From a virus (Duplodnaviria; Caudoviricetes), in the IMG/VR virus record IMGVR_UViG_3300023179_000106, positions 1,675 through 65,674 of that record: a DNA stretch of 64,000 nucleotides; one strand, given 5' to 3'. Position numbers and translations under genes: made by a program. Each line of letters starts with the position of its first letter. The first letter of the stretch is position 1. This document shows, one piece after another, positions 27,401-36,666 of the stretch. A model generated the notes under the pieces. That model did no database searches. It saw only the letters and a list, made by a program, of their open reading frames with translations, and had not been told where the DNA came from.

Positions 27401-29676
27401 CCATTCCTACGGCGAGTCTGTTTCCGGACGAGTACGACAGCGACCTCAACCTGTTCCTGGTTAGGGACTCCCTTCGAGTTCGACTTCTCAACGACTACGA
27501 GCCCGGCGATGCGAGCGTGATAGTCGAGGACTACCCCGAGATGATGGACAGGTTCCCTCCGACGGGGATCATCACCCTCACAGAACAATGCAGCGACATA
27601 GACCTGCGGGCGTTGAGCTTCCACTACTCTTCCAAGACATCCACGAGCTTCGACGGCCTGGAGATACTTCCCGAGTTCGCCGCTCTGGACTCCGTGAAGC
27701 CGAAGAAGGCGACGAATGTGACCATGAACGTAGTGGCCATGCACCACAACCACCTCAAGGACTCGCTGGTGGCCATACAGGGCAACTTGGGGACAAAGTA
27801 CACAACCGACAGGGAGACCATAACCGGCAGGATAAAATATCTGGAGGGCCTGGCATTCCGTCCGAAGGCGTGGTTCTCCGCCAGCACGCCGATAGGACTC
27901 GCCCCGCTTTCGGTCACCTTCAAGAACGAGAGCTTCAGGCTCGGCCCGTCGGCCGTGACGCACACATGGGACTTTGGGGAAGGAAATCCGGTGACCTTCC
28001 AGACGGCGAACCAAAGCGAGTACGAGAGCTACGAGGGCGTCATAGACGGTGTGCAGATAAAGGGATCGACCCTCACGAAGGTCTATTCCACCCCGGGCAT
28101 TTACACCGTGTCGCTTATCATGAGCAACGAGTGGGGCGATAGCGAGGTCGCATTCGAGGACATGATAACGGTCAAGACAGAGTGTCCCGAGGAGGCCTCG
28201 ATAGTCATAAACGCTAGGTCGACGCAAACATACACGGACGGCGATCCCGCGCTCGGCACGCGCCCGAAGATACGATCCGTGGCGAACAGCTTCGTGGACT
28301 TCGAGGTTCCGTACGGAAACGACCCCTCCAGAAGCGGATTCTCCTACGCGGGGGAACTCTTGGAGCTGACGAGCAGCTCGAGCATGTTCGGAAGCCCAGT
28401 CGACCCTATCGTGGAATACACATGGAGCCTCGGCGATGACCTGCCCCATTCGAATTCGGCGTCCGCTCGAGCCTCTTACGGAATAGGAGGGATATACGAC
28501 ATAGTGCTCCGCGTCGACACGAGCTTTGGGTCGTATCGCATAACGAAGTACGAAGGCTCTGTCGACATAGTCGAATCAAGGAACCTCTGGCTTTTCAAGT
28601 TCGATTCAGAAGGCTACAGCGGAGCGGTTAAGGCATACGAGTTCGGGCTCGACAGCGAGACTTTCAAGCTCCTCGGAAACCAGACCATATCAATAGACAG
28701 GAACAGAGAGTTCCTGGACGTGTATGTAGGGGCGGCATACGACTCGTCCACGCGGTCGCGGGCGAGGAGCGAGTTCGAAAGGAACACCGAATTTGTGCCG
28801 TACGGAAGCCTCAGCTCCGGCCTGCGGGGCAATTCAATGTTGTTCTGGGCGAAGGGTGGATCTTCGCAGGATTCGGCGCAGATCGGAGTGGCAAAATACA
28901 ATGCCTTCGACGATCAGTATGAGTCGTTCAGTTCCATATCAGGAAGGCCGTGGAACTGGGTGGCTCTGAACTCTCCGGACAAGACTTACTTCCTTTTCGG
29001 AAGTGCGAACCAGTCCCTGCCGAACACCAACGCGTCGACGGCCTTGCGGACGGACTACGACCTTCCGAGCCATTCGGTGACATCGTCGTCGGCTCTGGAC
29101 TCGTCGTCGTTCGGCAACGGCGCGGACGAGCTTCTTGAGCATCCGTCATACTTCGAGAACGGTGTGCCGACCAATGGGTATTTCGCGACGTACAGGTCTG
29201 CATGGAAGGATTCGGTGGGATACATACTGCGCAACTCGGCGGTGAACGAGTTCTTCCGCATCTCCAGTTTCTACAAGACCGTCGGAAGCGTATCCACGCC
29301 ATTCAGCACAATCACGAAGTTGATCGACATGACTGGCACGGCCAAGACCGAGGGTCGACTCGTAACAATGTCGAACGGCATATTCTTCTTTGGCAACTCC
29401 GGCGAGGTGAGCGCCTGGAACGACACCACGATGACATGGGAGGTCGGACGCACGGGGTCTGCGTCGCTGACCTTCAGGTCGGTACAGGACACCGCGGCCT
29501 CCGGGTTCGACGAACGTTCGAATACGCTTCTTGCCTCTTCGGACGGGGATCGGGTCGCGTACCTGAGTTATGACTACAGCAACAAGGCGTTCGTGAAGTT
29601 CAACGGCACGGACTTGACGTTCTCGATGCTGAAACAGCGCCCCGCCGGCTCTCAATTCAACATGGGGGTGTACTGA
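27397..29676 (+). CDS. PKD-domain fibre/receptor-binding-like protein (paralog 2)
   Basis: GLAPLSVTFKNES..TWDFGEG..YSTPGIYTVSL, a second PKD and a beta-rich C-terminus. Confidence 0.8.
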   Translation: MTIPTASLFPDEYDSDLNLFLVRDSLRVRLLNDYEPGDASVIVEDYPEMMDRFPPTGIITLTEQCSDIDLRALSFHYSSKTSTSFDGLEILPEFAALDSVKPKKATNVTMNVVAMHHNHLKDSLVAIQGNLGTKYTTDRETITGRIKYLEGLAFRPKAWFSASTPIGLAPLSVTFKNESFRLGPSAVTHTWDFGEGNPVTFQTANQSEYESYEGVIDGVQIKGSTLTKVYSTPGIYTVSLIMSNEWGDSEVAFEDMITVKTECPEEASIVINARSTQTYTDGDPALGTRPKIRSVANSFVDFEVPYGNDPSRSGFSYAGELLELTSSSSMFGSPVDPIVEYTWSLGDDLPHSNSASARASYGIGGIYDIVLRVDTSFGSYRITKYEGSVDIVESRNLWLFKFDSEGYSGAVKAYEFGLDSETFKLLGNQTISIDRNREFLDVYVGAAYDSSTRSRARSEFERNTEFVPYGSLSSGLRGNSMLFWAKGGSSQDSAQIGVAKYNAFDDQYESFSSISGRPWNWVALNSPDKTYFLFGSANQSLPNTNASTALRTDYDLPSHSVTSSSALDSSSFGNGADELLEHPSYFENGVPTNGYFATYRSAWKDSVGYILRNSAVNEFFRISSFYKTVGSVSTPFSTITKLIDMTGTAKTEGRLVTMSNGIFFFGNSGEVSAWNDTTMTWEVGRTGSASLTFRSVQDTAASGFDERSNTLLASSDGDRVAYLSYDYSNKAFVKFNGTDLTFSMLKQRPAGSQFNMGVY

Positions 29677-32543
29677 TGGCTGTCGGATATCCCCCGAGAC
29701 CAGCGTTCCCTATTTCCCTAGATTCCGATCGCACCCTGTATTTGGTCTACAACACGAGTGAGGCCAAGACCACTTCCGAAAACGCTCCGTGGCAAGAGGA
29801 GATCGAAATAGTTCCGGTCGGCCCCGGCGACCTAGAGATATGGGCGGACAACGGGTTTGCCAACATATCTGGAGAGTTGTTCTACTACGACTCCGTGGAC
29901 AAAGACGAGAACGGCAAGGTGTTCAGGCTCAAGCGTTGCGCCAGAAACCTAGGGGGGAAGCAGACCAGGTTCAACCCTTCGGGCACGTGGGTTCGCGGCT
30001 TTGTCATAGCCGAACACCACAATCAGTTGGTGGACGCCACGATAGCCACCCAAGCGTACATATTCGACCTTGAGGAAGACCTTTCGGCGTTGGAGGAGGA
30101 GACCCCATGCCTCGACGACTCTCCATGCGTCGACGCACAGATCGAAACCGAAGTGGTAGACCCTAACCCGCCGAATTGTGCAGGAACGGTGGTCAGCTAT
30201 TCGGTGACGATCAACGGAACATTCAACAATTTTGTGTTGGACTTCGGAGACGGCCAGTCGACCACTTCTAGCCTTTCTGGCCTGCACACTTACAGTCCGG
30301 GGGCAAACATAGATCCCGTCCTAACCGTGTTCAGCGATTCTTGCACGGTAGTCCAGACCCCTCGAGAACGAGACAGGGACGAAGTTCCAGATTCCCCTGC
30401 GCCAGACGAGCCCACCCTTACTGTTCCGGAACTGTGTCTTTTTCCGACTATCAACATACCGACGCTGGAGGTGCCCTCGACGACTGTGGAGGTGCCCCCC
30501 ATCGTGTTCCCCTGTCTCAATCTGGCGCCTAGCCTGAATCTGCCGAGCATAATCAGCATAATCCCGCCAGAGATATCGATTGTTCCGTTCAGCTTTACGC
30601 CCATAACCATAAGTTTCGGCCCGGCTCCATTCATATCGCCAAGTTTCACCTTCGGACCGGCTCCGACCATACCGCCGGTGTCGTTCACCTTCGGTCCCGC
30701 TCCGGTGGTAACGCCGGCCTCCTTCATTTTTGGGCCGATGTCGTTCACTTTCGGTCCGGCTCCGACCATACCTCCGGTGTCGTTCACGTTCGGGCCTGCT
30801 CCAAACATACCGCCGGTGTCGTTCAACTTCGGCCCCGCTCCGCTGATACCGCCGGTGTCGTTCAACTTCGGCCCGGCTCCGACCATCCCTCCGGTGTCGT
30901 TCAACTTTGGCCCGGCTCCGACCATCCCTCCGGTGTCGTTCAACTTTGGCCCTGCTCCGCTGATACCGCCCGTTTCTTTCAACTTCGGTCCGGCCCCGAA
31001 AGTCGAACCCGTGCAGTTCACATTCGGCGCTGCTCCGAAGGTCCAGCCTGTCGAGTTCACATTCGGCGCTGCTCCGAAGGTCGAACCTGTGTCGTTCAAC
31101 TTCGGCCCGGCTCCGAAGATATCGCCTGTGTCGTTCAGTTTCGGCCCGGCTCCGAAGATATCGCCTGTGTCGTTCAGTTTCGGCCCGGCTCCGAAGATAA
31201 CGCCTGTGTCGTTCAGTTTCGGCCCTGCTCCGAAGATATCGCCCGTGTCGTTCAGTTTCGGCCATGCTCCGAAGATATCGCCCGTGTCGTTCACATTCGG
31301 CCCTGCCCCCGTGGTGTCGGCGACTTCGTTCACATTCGGCCCTGCCCCCGTGGTGTCGGCGACTTCGTTCAGTTTCGGCCCTGCTCCGAAGATATCGCCC
31401 GTGTCGTTCAGTTTCGGCCATGCTCCGAAGATATCTCCCGTGTCGTTCACATTCGGCCCTGCCCCCGTGGTGTCGGCGACTTCGTTCACATTCGGCCCTG
31501 CCCCGAACGTACAGAGTTCCTTCGAATGGGGACAGCCGCCGAAGATAGATGGCTCTTTCACATTCGGCACGGCGCCCAAGGTGGGAGGATCGTTCACATG
31601 GGGGTCTCCGCCGAAGGCAGGAGGGTCGTTCACATGGGGTACGGCCCCCAAGGTGGGAGGGTCGTTCACATGGGGGTCGCCACCGAAGATAGACGGATCC
31701 TTCACATGGGGTCAGCCGCCTCAAATTGGAGGTTCGTTCACTTGGGGCGAGCCACCCCAGGTCGGGGGTTCGTTCACATGGGGCGATCCTCCCGCGATAC
31801 AGACATCCATAGATTGGGGCGAGCCTCCTGCGATTCAGGCGTCGATTGACTGGGGAAATCCCCCGAAAATACAAATCGACTGGAGCGACCAGCCAACCAT
31901 TTCCTGCGTAGTTTCCGTCGAATGCCCCTCAGGAGGATCCGGGAGTTCTGGGCAGCCGTTCAGGAGGAACATGACTCTCGACGACAACTTCGTCGACGAT
32001 TTCAATACCGACGACTTTGAGATAGAGATAGGCAATCTCGGTATACCTTCCGAAATCAAGGTCGTGGCTCCCAAGTTCCCGGACATAAAGGTCGTGCACG
32101 ACATGCCCGAGTTCATAGAACTCAAGTCGGACATCCCGAGCAGGATCATAGTGTACCAGGCCGACGTGCTTCCCAAAGAAATAAAGATCGTGTCGGAGTC
32201 GATACCCGACACGATCGCCGTAGACGCCTCTTCTGTTCCGAAGTCTATAGTCATGGACGCCTCCGCCGTTCCTAGCTTCATAACGGTAGTGGCTCCGGAC
32301 CTGCCGTCCGTCATAAAACTCGACGGCTCGGGAGTCCCCGATTCGATCAAGGTCTTCGGGATACCCGACTCCATAGAGGTTCGCATGCCCAGCGAGATAG
32401 TGGCCCGACTGGAGGTCCCAGAAAACCTCGAGGTGCCACTCGTATACAGAGGAGACCCTGTGCCGGTGAGGTTTGACGCATCGGTGATATCCGAATCGGG
32501 CGAGCAAATGTGCTTCGCTTTGGTCCCTTGCGGCAAGAAATGA
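29676..32543 (+). CDS. PKD-like fibre protein with a long Pro-rich repeat stalk (paralog 3)
   Basis: Shared N-terminal module, LDFGDG..HTY PKD-like domain, and about 30 FGPAP/WGxPP repeats. Confidence 0.8.
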   Translation: MAVGYPPRPAFPISLDSDRTLYLVYNTSEAKTTSENAPWQEEIEIVPVGPGDLEIWADNGFANISGELFYYDSVDKDENGKVFRLKRCARNLGGKQTRFNPSGTWVRGFVIAEHHNQLVDATIATQAYIFDLEEDLSALEEETPCLDDSPCVDAQIETEVVDPNPPNCAGTVVSYSVTINGTFNNFVLDFGDGQSTTSSLSGLHTYSPGANIDPVLTVFSDSCTVVQTPRERDRDEVPDSPAPDEPTLTVPELCLFPTINIPTLEVPSTTVEVPPIVFPCLNLAPSLNLPSIISIIPPEISIVPFSFTPITISFGPAPFISPSFTFGPAPTIPPVSFTFGPAPVVTPASFIFGPMSFTFGPAPTIPPVSFTFGPAPNIPPVSFNFGPAPLIPPVSFNFGPAPTIPPVSFNFGPAPTIPPVSFNFGPAPLIPPVSFNFGPAPKVEPVQFTFGAAPKVQPVEFTFGAAPKVEPVSFNFGPAPKISPVSFSFGPAPKISPVSFSFGPAPKITPVSFSFGPAPKISPVSFSFGHAPKISPVSFTFGPAPVVSATSFTFGPAPVVSATSFSFGPAPKISPVSFSFGHAPKISPVSFTFGPAPVVSATSFTFGPAPNVQSSFEWGQPPKIDGSFTFGTAPKVGGSFTWGSPPKAGGSFTWGTAPKVGGSFTWGSPPKIDGSFTWGQPPQIGGSFTWGEPPQVGGSFTWGDPPAIQTSIDWGEPPAIQASIDWGNPPKIQIDWSDQPTISCVVSVECPSGGSGSSGQPFRRNMTLDDNFVDDFNTDDFEIEIGNLGIPSEIKVVAPKFPDIKVVHDMPEFIELKSDIPSRIIVYQADVLPKEIKIVSESIPDTIAVDASSVPKSIVMDASAVPSFITVVAPDLPSVIKLDGSGVPDSIKVFGIPDSIEVRMPSEIVARLEVPENLEVPLVYRGDPVPVRFDASVISESGEQMCFALVPCGKK
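30610..31880 (+). repeat. Coding tandem array of 39-bp (13-aa) units grading into 36-bp (12-aa) units
   Basis: FGPAPxIxPVSFx grades to FTWGxPPKVGGS and then IDWGEPPAIQxS; includes a 156-bp higher-order duplication (about 31221 vs 31377). Confidence 0.95.
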
Positions 32544-33391
32544 GAGTAAAAAGGACAAAGAACAACGAGTTCGTGCTTGAGGAGGGGGTTTGGATTAGAA
32601 ATCCCTTTTCGGGCTCTAGGCCACTGGACATCAACTCTCTTGCCAAGACCGAGTCGTCCCTTTTTCTGCGCAACGAGTTCGAAAATCTCCGGCGCCCGTA
32701 CATGCAAATGGATGAGGCTCTTGATTTGACCATGGAGAACGTGGTCATAGTTTCGGACGGATACGGTTGGGACGAAAGGCAGTTGGCGCTCGGGTCGCTC
32801 CCCAACAAGCAAGTCAAGGTTCTTGGCGTGAACGGAAGCCTGGCGAGGTGGGGCATGGTTGGCGACTCTGCCCCGACCAAGAGGACGATGACCTTCTATG
32901 TGGTGAACAACCCCTATCCTGAATGCATGGGGTATCTGCCGAGGAAGCACCGCTACTACCCGAATCTGATCGCCTCGACGAGAACCTTCCCGCGTTTTCT
33001 TCAGGAGTACCGAAACGAGCCGTACATGTACCGCCCAACTCAAGATTTGGACTTTTCGGGGGCGGGCTTCGCGGAGGTGAACTCAGTGATTGACGACTAC
33101 AGGAACCCCATTTGCGCGGCCATAAGCGTCGCCGTCAAAAGGGGAGCCAAAAAGATCGCCCTTATGTGCTGCGACGAGTCGTTCAAGGACAGTCGGCCAG
33201 GGGCCGACAGGATGCCAAACGGCCTGTACCAGTACCCCCAGCAGGCCAAGTGCCAGAAAATTATCGACAAGCAACTTTTTTGGCTTCGTTCGGCGGGCAT
33301 CGAGGTGGCGGATTGCTCTTCGGGCTTGGAAATGAAAAATGCAAGATATATAGATGTTGAGGGTTTGCCAAAGTTTTTTGAAAGGATTTAG
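32540..33391 (+). CDS. Divergent Maf/CstII-like glycosyltransferase-fold protein
   Basis: VVIVSDGYG..VLGVNGS..ICAAISVAVKRGAKKIALMCCD resembles the IIxxGPS..A..hG.K.I.L.G.D pattern of Maf/GT42-like proteins. Confidence 0.5.
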   Translation: MRVKRTKNNEFVLEEGVWIRNPFSGSRPLDINSLAKTESSLFLRNEFENLRRPYMQMDEALDLTMENVVIVSDGYGWDERQLALGSLPNKQVKVLGVNGSLARWGMVGDSAPTKRTMTFYVVNNPYPECMGYLPRKHRYYPNLIASTRTFPRFLQEYRNEPYMYRPTQDLDFSGAGFAEVNSVIDDYRNPICAAISVAVKRGAKKIALMCCDESFKDSRPGADRMPNGLYQYPQQAKCQKIIDKQLFWLRSAGIEVADCSSGLEMKNARYIDVEGLPKFFERI

Positions 33392-33392
33392 A

Positions 33393-33677
33393 ATGGTAGA
33401 CTTCAGACATCTGAACCCGGACGACTTCAGGCGCTGGATCAAAAATAAAGAAGACAAAGAAGATACGGACGCTTGGATGGTGGGCCGTAAGGTCGACCCG
33501 AAGTTCTGCGGAAAGAAAACCGCAAGGAGCATTTCGCTGGAAAGCGGCAAGGCAGGGAGAGTGGTTCGCGAGTTCGTTCAGGCAGGTGGCGTCATAAAGT
33601 CGGTCTGCGGCGATGAGGTTTTGGTCGAGGTCGACTCGGGGTCTTTCTATATCTGCAAGAAGAAGGTCATCTTTTGA
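33393..33677 (+). CDS. Hypothetical protein
   Basis: ATG 33393 right after the previous stop; SH3-like C-terminus. Confidence 0.6.
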   Translation: MVDFRHLNPDDFRRWIKNKEDKEDTDAWMVGRKVDPKFCGKKTARSISLESGKAGRVVREFVQAGGVIKSVCGDEVLVEVDSGSFYICKKKVIF

Positions 33678-34035
33678 GGCTTGAGGCCCTTCTCATCATG
33701 GTAGACTTTTCAGTTACGACGGAGTCTTTGTTCAGCCCGGTGGAAGGAACATATCCGTTGAATTGACTCATGGGCAGGTTTGTGTAGCCCCGCTTTCTGA
33801 GGGCGCTCTTGAGCTCCTCGAACGACATCGCTGACTCCGCGTAGAGTTCGTGGGTCATCTTGTTCGCGTGACATTCGGAGTTTACCTTGTGGGCAAGCCC
33901 TCGCTCCAGGCCTAGCGATCCCACGTCGCGAACTCGCGTGGGATAGACCTTCATGTGGCTTTCGAAGGCTGTCACGACATCTATTCCCTTTTTGTCGAGG
34001 CGAGCGAGGTATATGTAGACTCTACTCTTTTTCAC
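33667..34035 (-). CDS. Hypothetical protein
   Basis: GTG start 34035 after GGAG (MKKSRVYIYLARLD). Confidence 0.55.
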   Translation of the reverse strand: MKKSRVYIYLARLDKKGIDVVTAFESHMKVYPTRVRDVGSLGLERGLAHKVNSECHANKMTHELYAESAMSFEELKSALRKRGYTNLPMSQFNGYVPSTGLNKDSVVTEKSTMMRRASSLKR

Positions 34036-34207
34036 CCATGAGCTCCCGAAAAAATTCTTCAAGTACGATTGAGGCGTGGGCGTCGATTGTTCCGAACTGG
34101 CCGAAGAATGCCTCAAGGGCGTCCGCGGCGTCTTTTTCTTCCCCGTCTCCGTTTTGCCCCTGCATGACATATATAAGGGACGAGCGGGGCAAAAAGAGAG
34201 GGATTCC

Positions 34208-34753
34208 ATGAGCGTTTTTAGGGTGAGGCTGAGCAACAGCAGGCAGGGCCTTTTGGACATCTACGACAACCAGAGAACGGCCTACATAATGGGTCCGAAC
34301 CGAATCAACAGGAGGCTGAAGGACGGGGAGGTCTTCACGGACTGCAACTACTGGAAGCGCTTCGCTCATCCCAACTTGCCCCTCGAAGAGGCGTTCATAG
34401 AGGTGGTGGAGGACGACGGCACAATATACAGCGACCAGATACGGGACAACACATACCCAAAGGTCTACGACATATCGGCGGCAGCCGGCTCCGGCTTTGA
34501 AGACAACCGGGCGGACATAGCGGGCGACTCCGGCAGTTTCGCCCTGTTCGCACAGATCACAAACAAGGGTTCGGAGTCGATCAGGGTTCGGATCAACGGG
34601 CTCGACAGTGCGATCATAGACCTGCCGGGCGGGGCGACCCAGACCTTCGCGGTCGGCGATCTTACGATAGGCCTCATAGAGGTGGCGAACCAGTCGGAAG
34701 AGACCGTGGATGTGCAGATAGTGGTGTCCGTCAGGGTCGCGTCCACGAGTTGA
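34208..34753 (+). CDS. Hypothetical beta-rich protein
   Basis: ATG 34208 after GAGGG; CATATATAA upstream. Confidence 0.7.
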   Translation: MSVFRVRLSNSRQGLLDIYDNQRTAYIMGPNRINRRLKDGEVFTDCNYWKRFAHPNLPLEEAFIEVVEDDGTIYSDQIRDNTYPKVYDISAAAGSGFEDNRADIAGDSGSFALFAQITNKGSESIRVRINGLDSAIIDLPGGATQTFAVGDLTIGLIEVANQSEETVDVQIVVSVRVASTS

Positions 34754-34790
34754 AAAACCTGTCTCGGCCACTAATTTATCAGGGGGGCGA

Positions 34791-35009
34791 ATGCCTAATT
34801 TGATCAAGCAGGGCGAGGCCAGGGTGGTGACGAAGAACGGAGAGGTCTTCGTCAACATCTCTCTTGAATTGAACATCAAGCTGGAGGGCGTGTCCGGAGT
34901 CCAAGGATTCTCGCAGGCCGCAGGAGCGACGACGGCTTTGCCCAACGAAGACAAGGTGAACTGGGAGATACCCGACTTCGCCCCTGGAAAAATAGATTTC
35001 GGAAAATGA
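34791..35009 (+). CDS. Small hypothetical protein upstream of the actin-like gene
   Basis: SD-like AGGGGG; stop 10 nt before the ATG of the actin-like gene. Confidence 0.6.
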   Translation: MPNLIKQGEARVVTKNGEVFVNISLELNIKLEGVSGVQGFSQAAGATTALPNEDKVNWEIPDFAPGKIDFGK

Positions 35010-35019
35010 GGTGTACAAA

Positions 35020-36039
35020 ATGAGGATCGGATTCGACTGTGGCACTTATCATCTGGTGAGCTGCAAAAGGGGCGAGGACAACGCCTTGTCGTACAAGAAA
35101 GAAGTTAACGCTTTCCTTCAGATGCCGTTGGACAACCGCTTCGTCTTCAACATGATGAAGAACGCGGGAGTCCCTTTGATCGAGCAGCCAGAGGCCAACG
35201 TGGGCTACGCCCTAGGCGAGGCTGCCGTGAACATGGCCTACACTATGACTCAAATCGAACTCAAGAGGCCCATGAAGGACGGATGCCTCAACCCCAAGGA
35301 GAAGCACGCCCAGCAGATAATGAATGTCATGTGCCACAGCCTCATAGGCGACGTGGACGAGGACGGCTCCCTTCTGTACTACTCGGTTCCCGCGAACGCC
35401 ATCAACCAAGAGACCGACGCCGACTATCACGGCAAGGTGTTGGAGGCGATGTTCAAGTCATACAGAAGCGAGAAGGGATACCGCGTGGAGCCTCACCCCA
35501 TCAACGAGGCCTTGGCGCTCGTGTATGCGGAACTGCAGGGCAAGGCTTGGACGGGCGTGGGGATCAGCTTCGGGGCCGGAATGGTGAACCTCTGCTATGC
35601 CATGTACGGGGCTCCGATATTTCAGTTCTCCCTGGTGAACAGCGGCGACTGGATCGATAAGATGGCGTCCAAGGCCATCGGAGAGGATACGACCACCTAT
35701 GTGAACAGGGAAAAGATGCACGCCGACCTGACCGTGGAACACCCGGAGACCCTGGTCCAGAGGGCCATAAAGTCCCAGTACGAGATAATGATCCAGCACA
35801 CCGTGGCGGGCATCAAGAAGGGCGTCGAGGAGGCGGGCAACAAGGCTCGATCCGAACAGCCAATAGACATCGTCATAGCTGGCGGCACGAGCATGCCGAA
35901 GGGCTTCGACGTTCTGTTCAGGAAGATACTCGAGCAGGCGAAGATAACGAACATGAAGATCGGGGAGGTGATCCGCCCGGCGGATCCGCTATTCTCGGTG
36001 GCGCGCGGCTGCCTGATCGCCGCAGAAAACGCGAAGTAG
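35020..36039 (+). CDS. Actin-fold ATPase (MreB/ParM/FtsA superfamily)
   Basis: IGFDCGT (phosphate 1), INEALA (connect 1), GISFGAGMVN (phosphate 2), VIAGGTS (adenosine), DPLFSVARGCL (connect 2). Confidence 0.88.
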   Translation: MRIGFDCGTYHLVSCKRGEDNALSYKKEVNAFLQMPLDNRFVFNMMKNAGVPLIEQPEANVGYALGEAAVNMAYTMTQIELKRPMKDGCLNPKEKHAQQIMNVMCHSLIGDVDEDGSLLYYSVPANAINQETDADYHGKVLEAMFKSYRSEKGYRVEPHPINEALALVYAELQGKAWTGVGISFGAGMVNLCYAMYGAPIFQFSLVNSGDWIDKMASKAIGEDTTTYVNREKMHADLTVEHPETLVQRAIKSQYEIMIQHTVAGIKKGVEEAGNKARSEQPIDIVIAGGTSMPKGFDVLFRKILEQAKITNMKIGEVIRPADPLFSVARGCLIAAENAK

Positions 36040-36055
36040 AAAGAAAGGAAAGAAA

Positions 36056-36274
36056 ATGAAGAAGACTGTTAGCGACTTGGGGGCGGGTGCGTACCTGCTC
36101 ATGCACGGCCACAAGGTTGTGGGCAGGAGAGGCCGGGACTTCATATTTGAGGTGGCCGAGCACGAGGATTCGGAGTTCGAGCAGAGAAAGTTGGAGTACC
36201 TCTCCAGCGAATTCCATCGGTTCGACTCGTACATCATGTCCCTCAAGAAGATTGGGGAGTACAACCCGGAATGA
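36056..36274 (+). CDS. DUF5659-like small protein
   Basis: TVSDLGAGAYLLMHGHKVVG..FIFE pattern. Confidence 0.55.
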   Translation: MKKTVSDLGAGAYLLMHGHKVVGRRGRDFIFEVAEHEDSEFEQRKLEYLSSEFHRFDSYIMSLKKIGEYNPE

Positions 36275-36666
36275 GTCCGAAGGGGCTGGAGTACTTCGTC
36301 GGCAAGGTGTGCACGGTCTTCACCGTGCCCATCAACAGGGACTTCAAGTCGGAAAATCCCCAGACCTTTCCCCAGCCGGTGTTCCACTACTTCGTGGGAA
36401 AGGTTCTGGAGGTTGGGAGCCGCGGGGTGGCCCTCGAGCAGTGGAACAGCGACAAGAAACTCAGAACTTTCTTCTTCGTCGACCACATAGTCGCCATATC
36501 AGAAGAAGAAATCCTCGATCCTTCGAACCCCAAGGACAGGGCGCTCATAGAGGACTACAAAAAGACCAGCGAGGCGTCCGTGGGCGAAACAAAGGAGAAG
36601 GCATCCGAGGAGGAGGCCTGCAAGTACGTCGACATCAGGCAGCTCACGGAACTTTCGTCCAAGTAG
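36271..36666 (+). CDS. Sm/LSm-like fold protein
   Basis: VGKVCTVFT..FVGKVLEVGSRGVAL..FFFVDHIVAISE. Confidence 0.5.
   Translation: MSPKGLEYFVGKVCTVFTVPINRDFKSENPQTFPQPVFHYFVGKVLEVGSRGVALEQWNSDKKLRTFFFVDHIVAISEEEILDPSNPKDRALIEDYKKTSEASVGETKEKASEEEACKYVDIRQLTELSSK

Noticed and set aside
30290-31874. Long antisense ORFs (471 and 517 aa) over the repeat array
   Set aside because: They are shadows of a stop-free coding repeat; the plus-strand fibre gene explains the region.
30610-31880. 36-39-bp periodicity resembling a CRISPR array
   Set aside because: No unique spacers; units are in-frame and degenerate at codon third positions.
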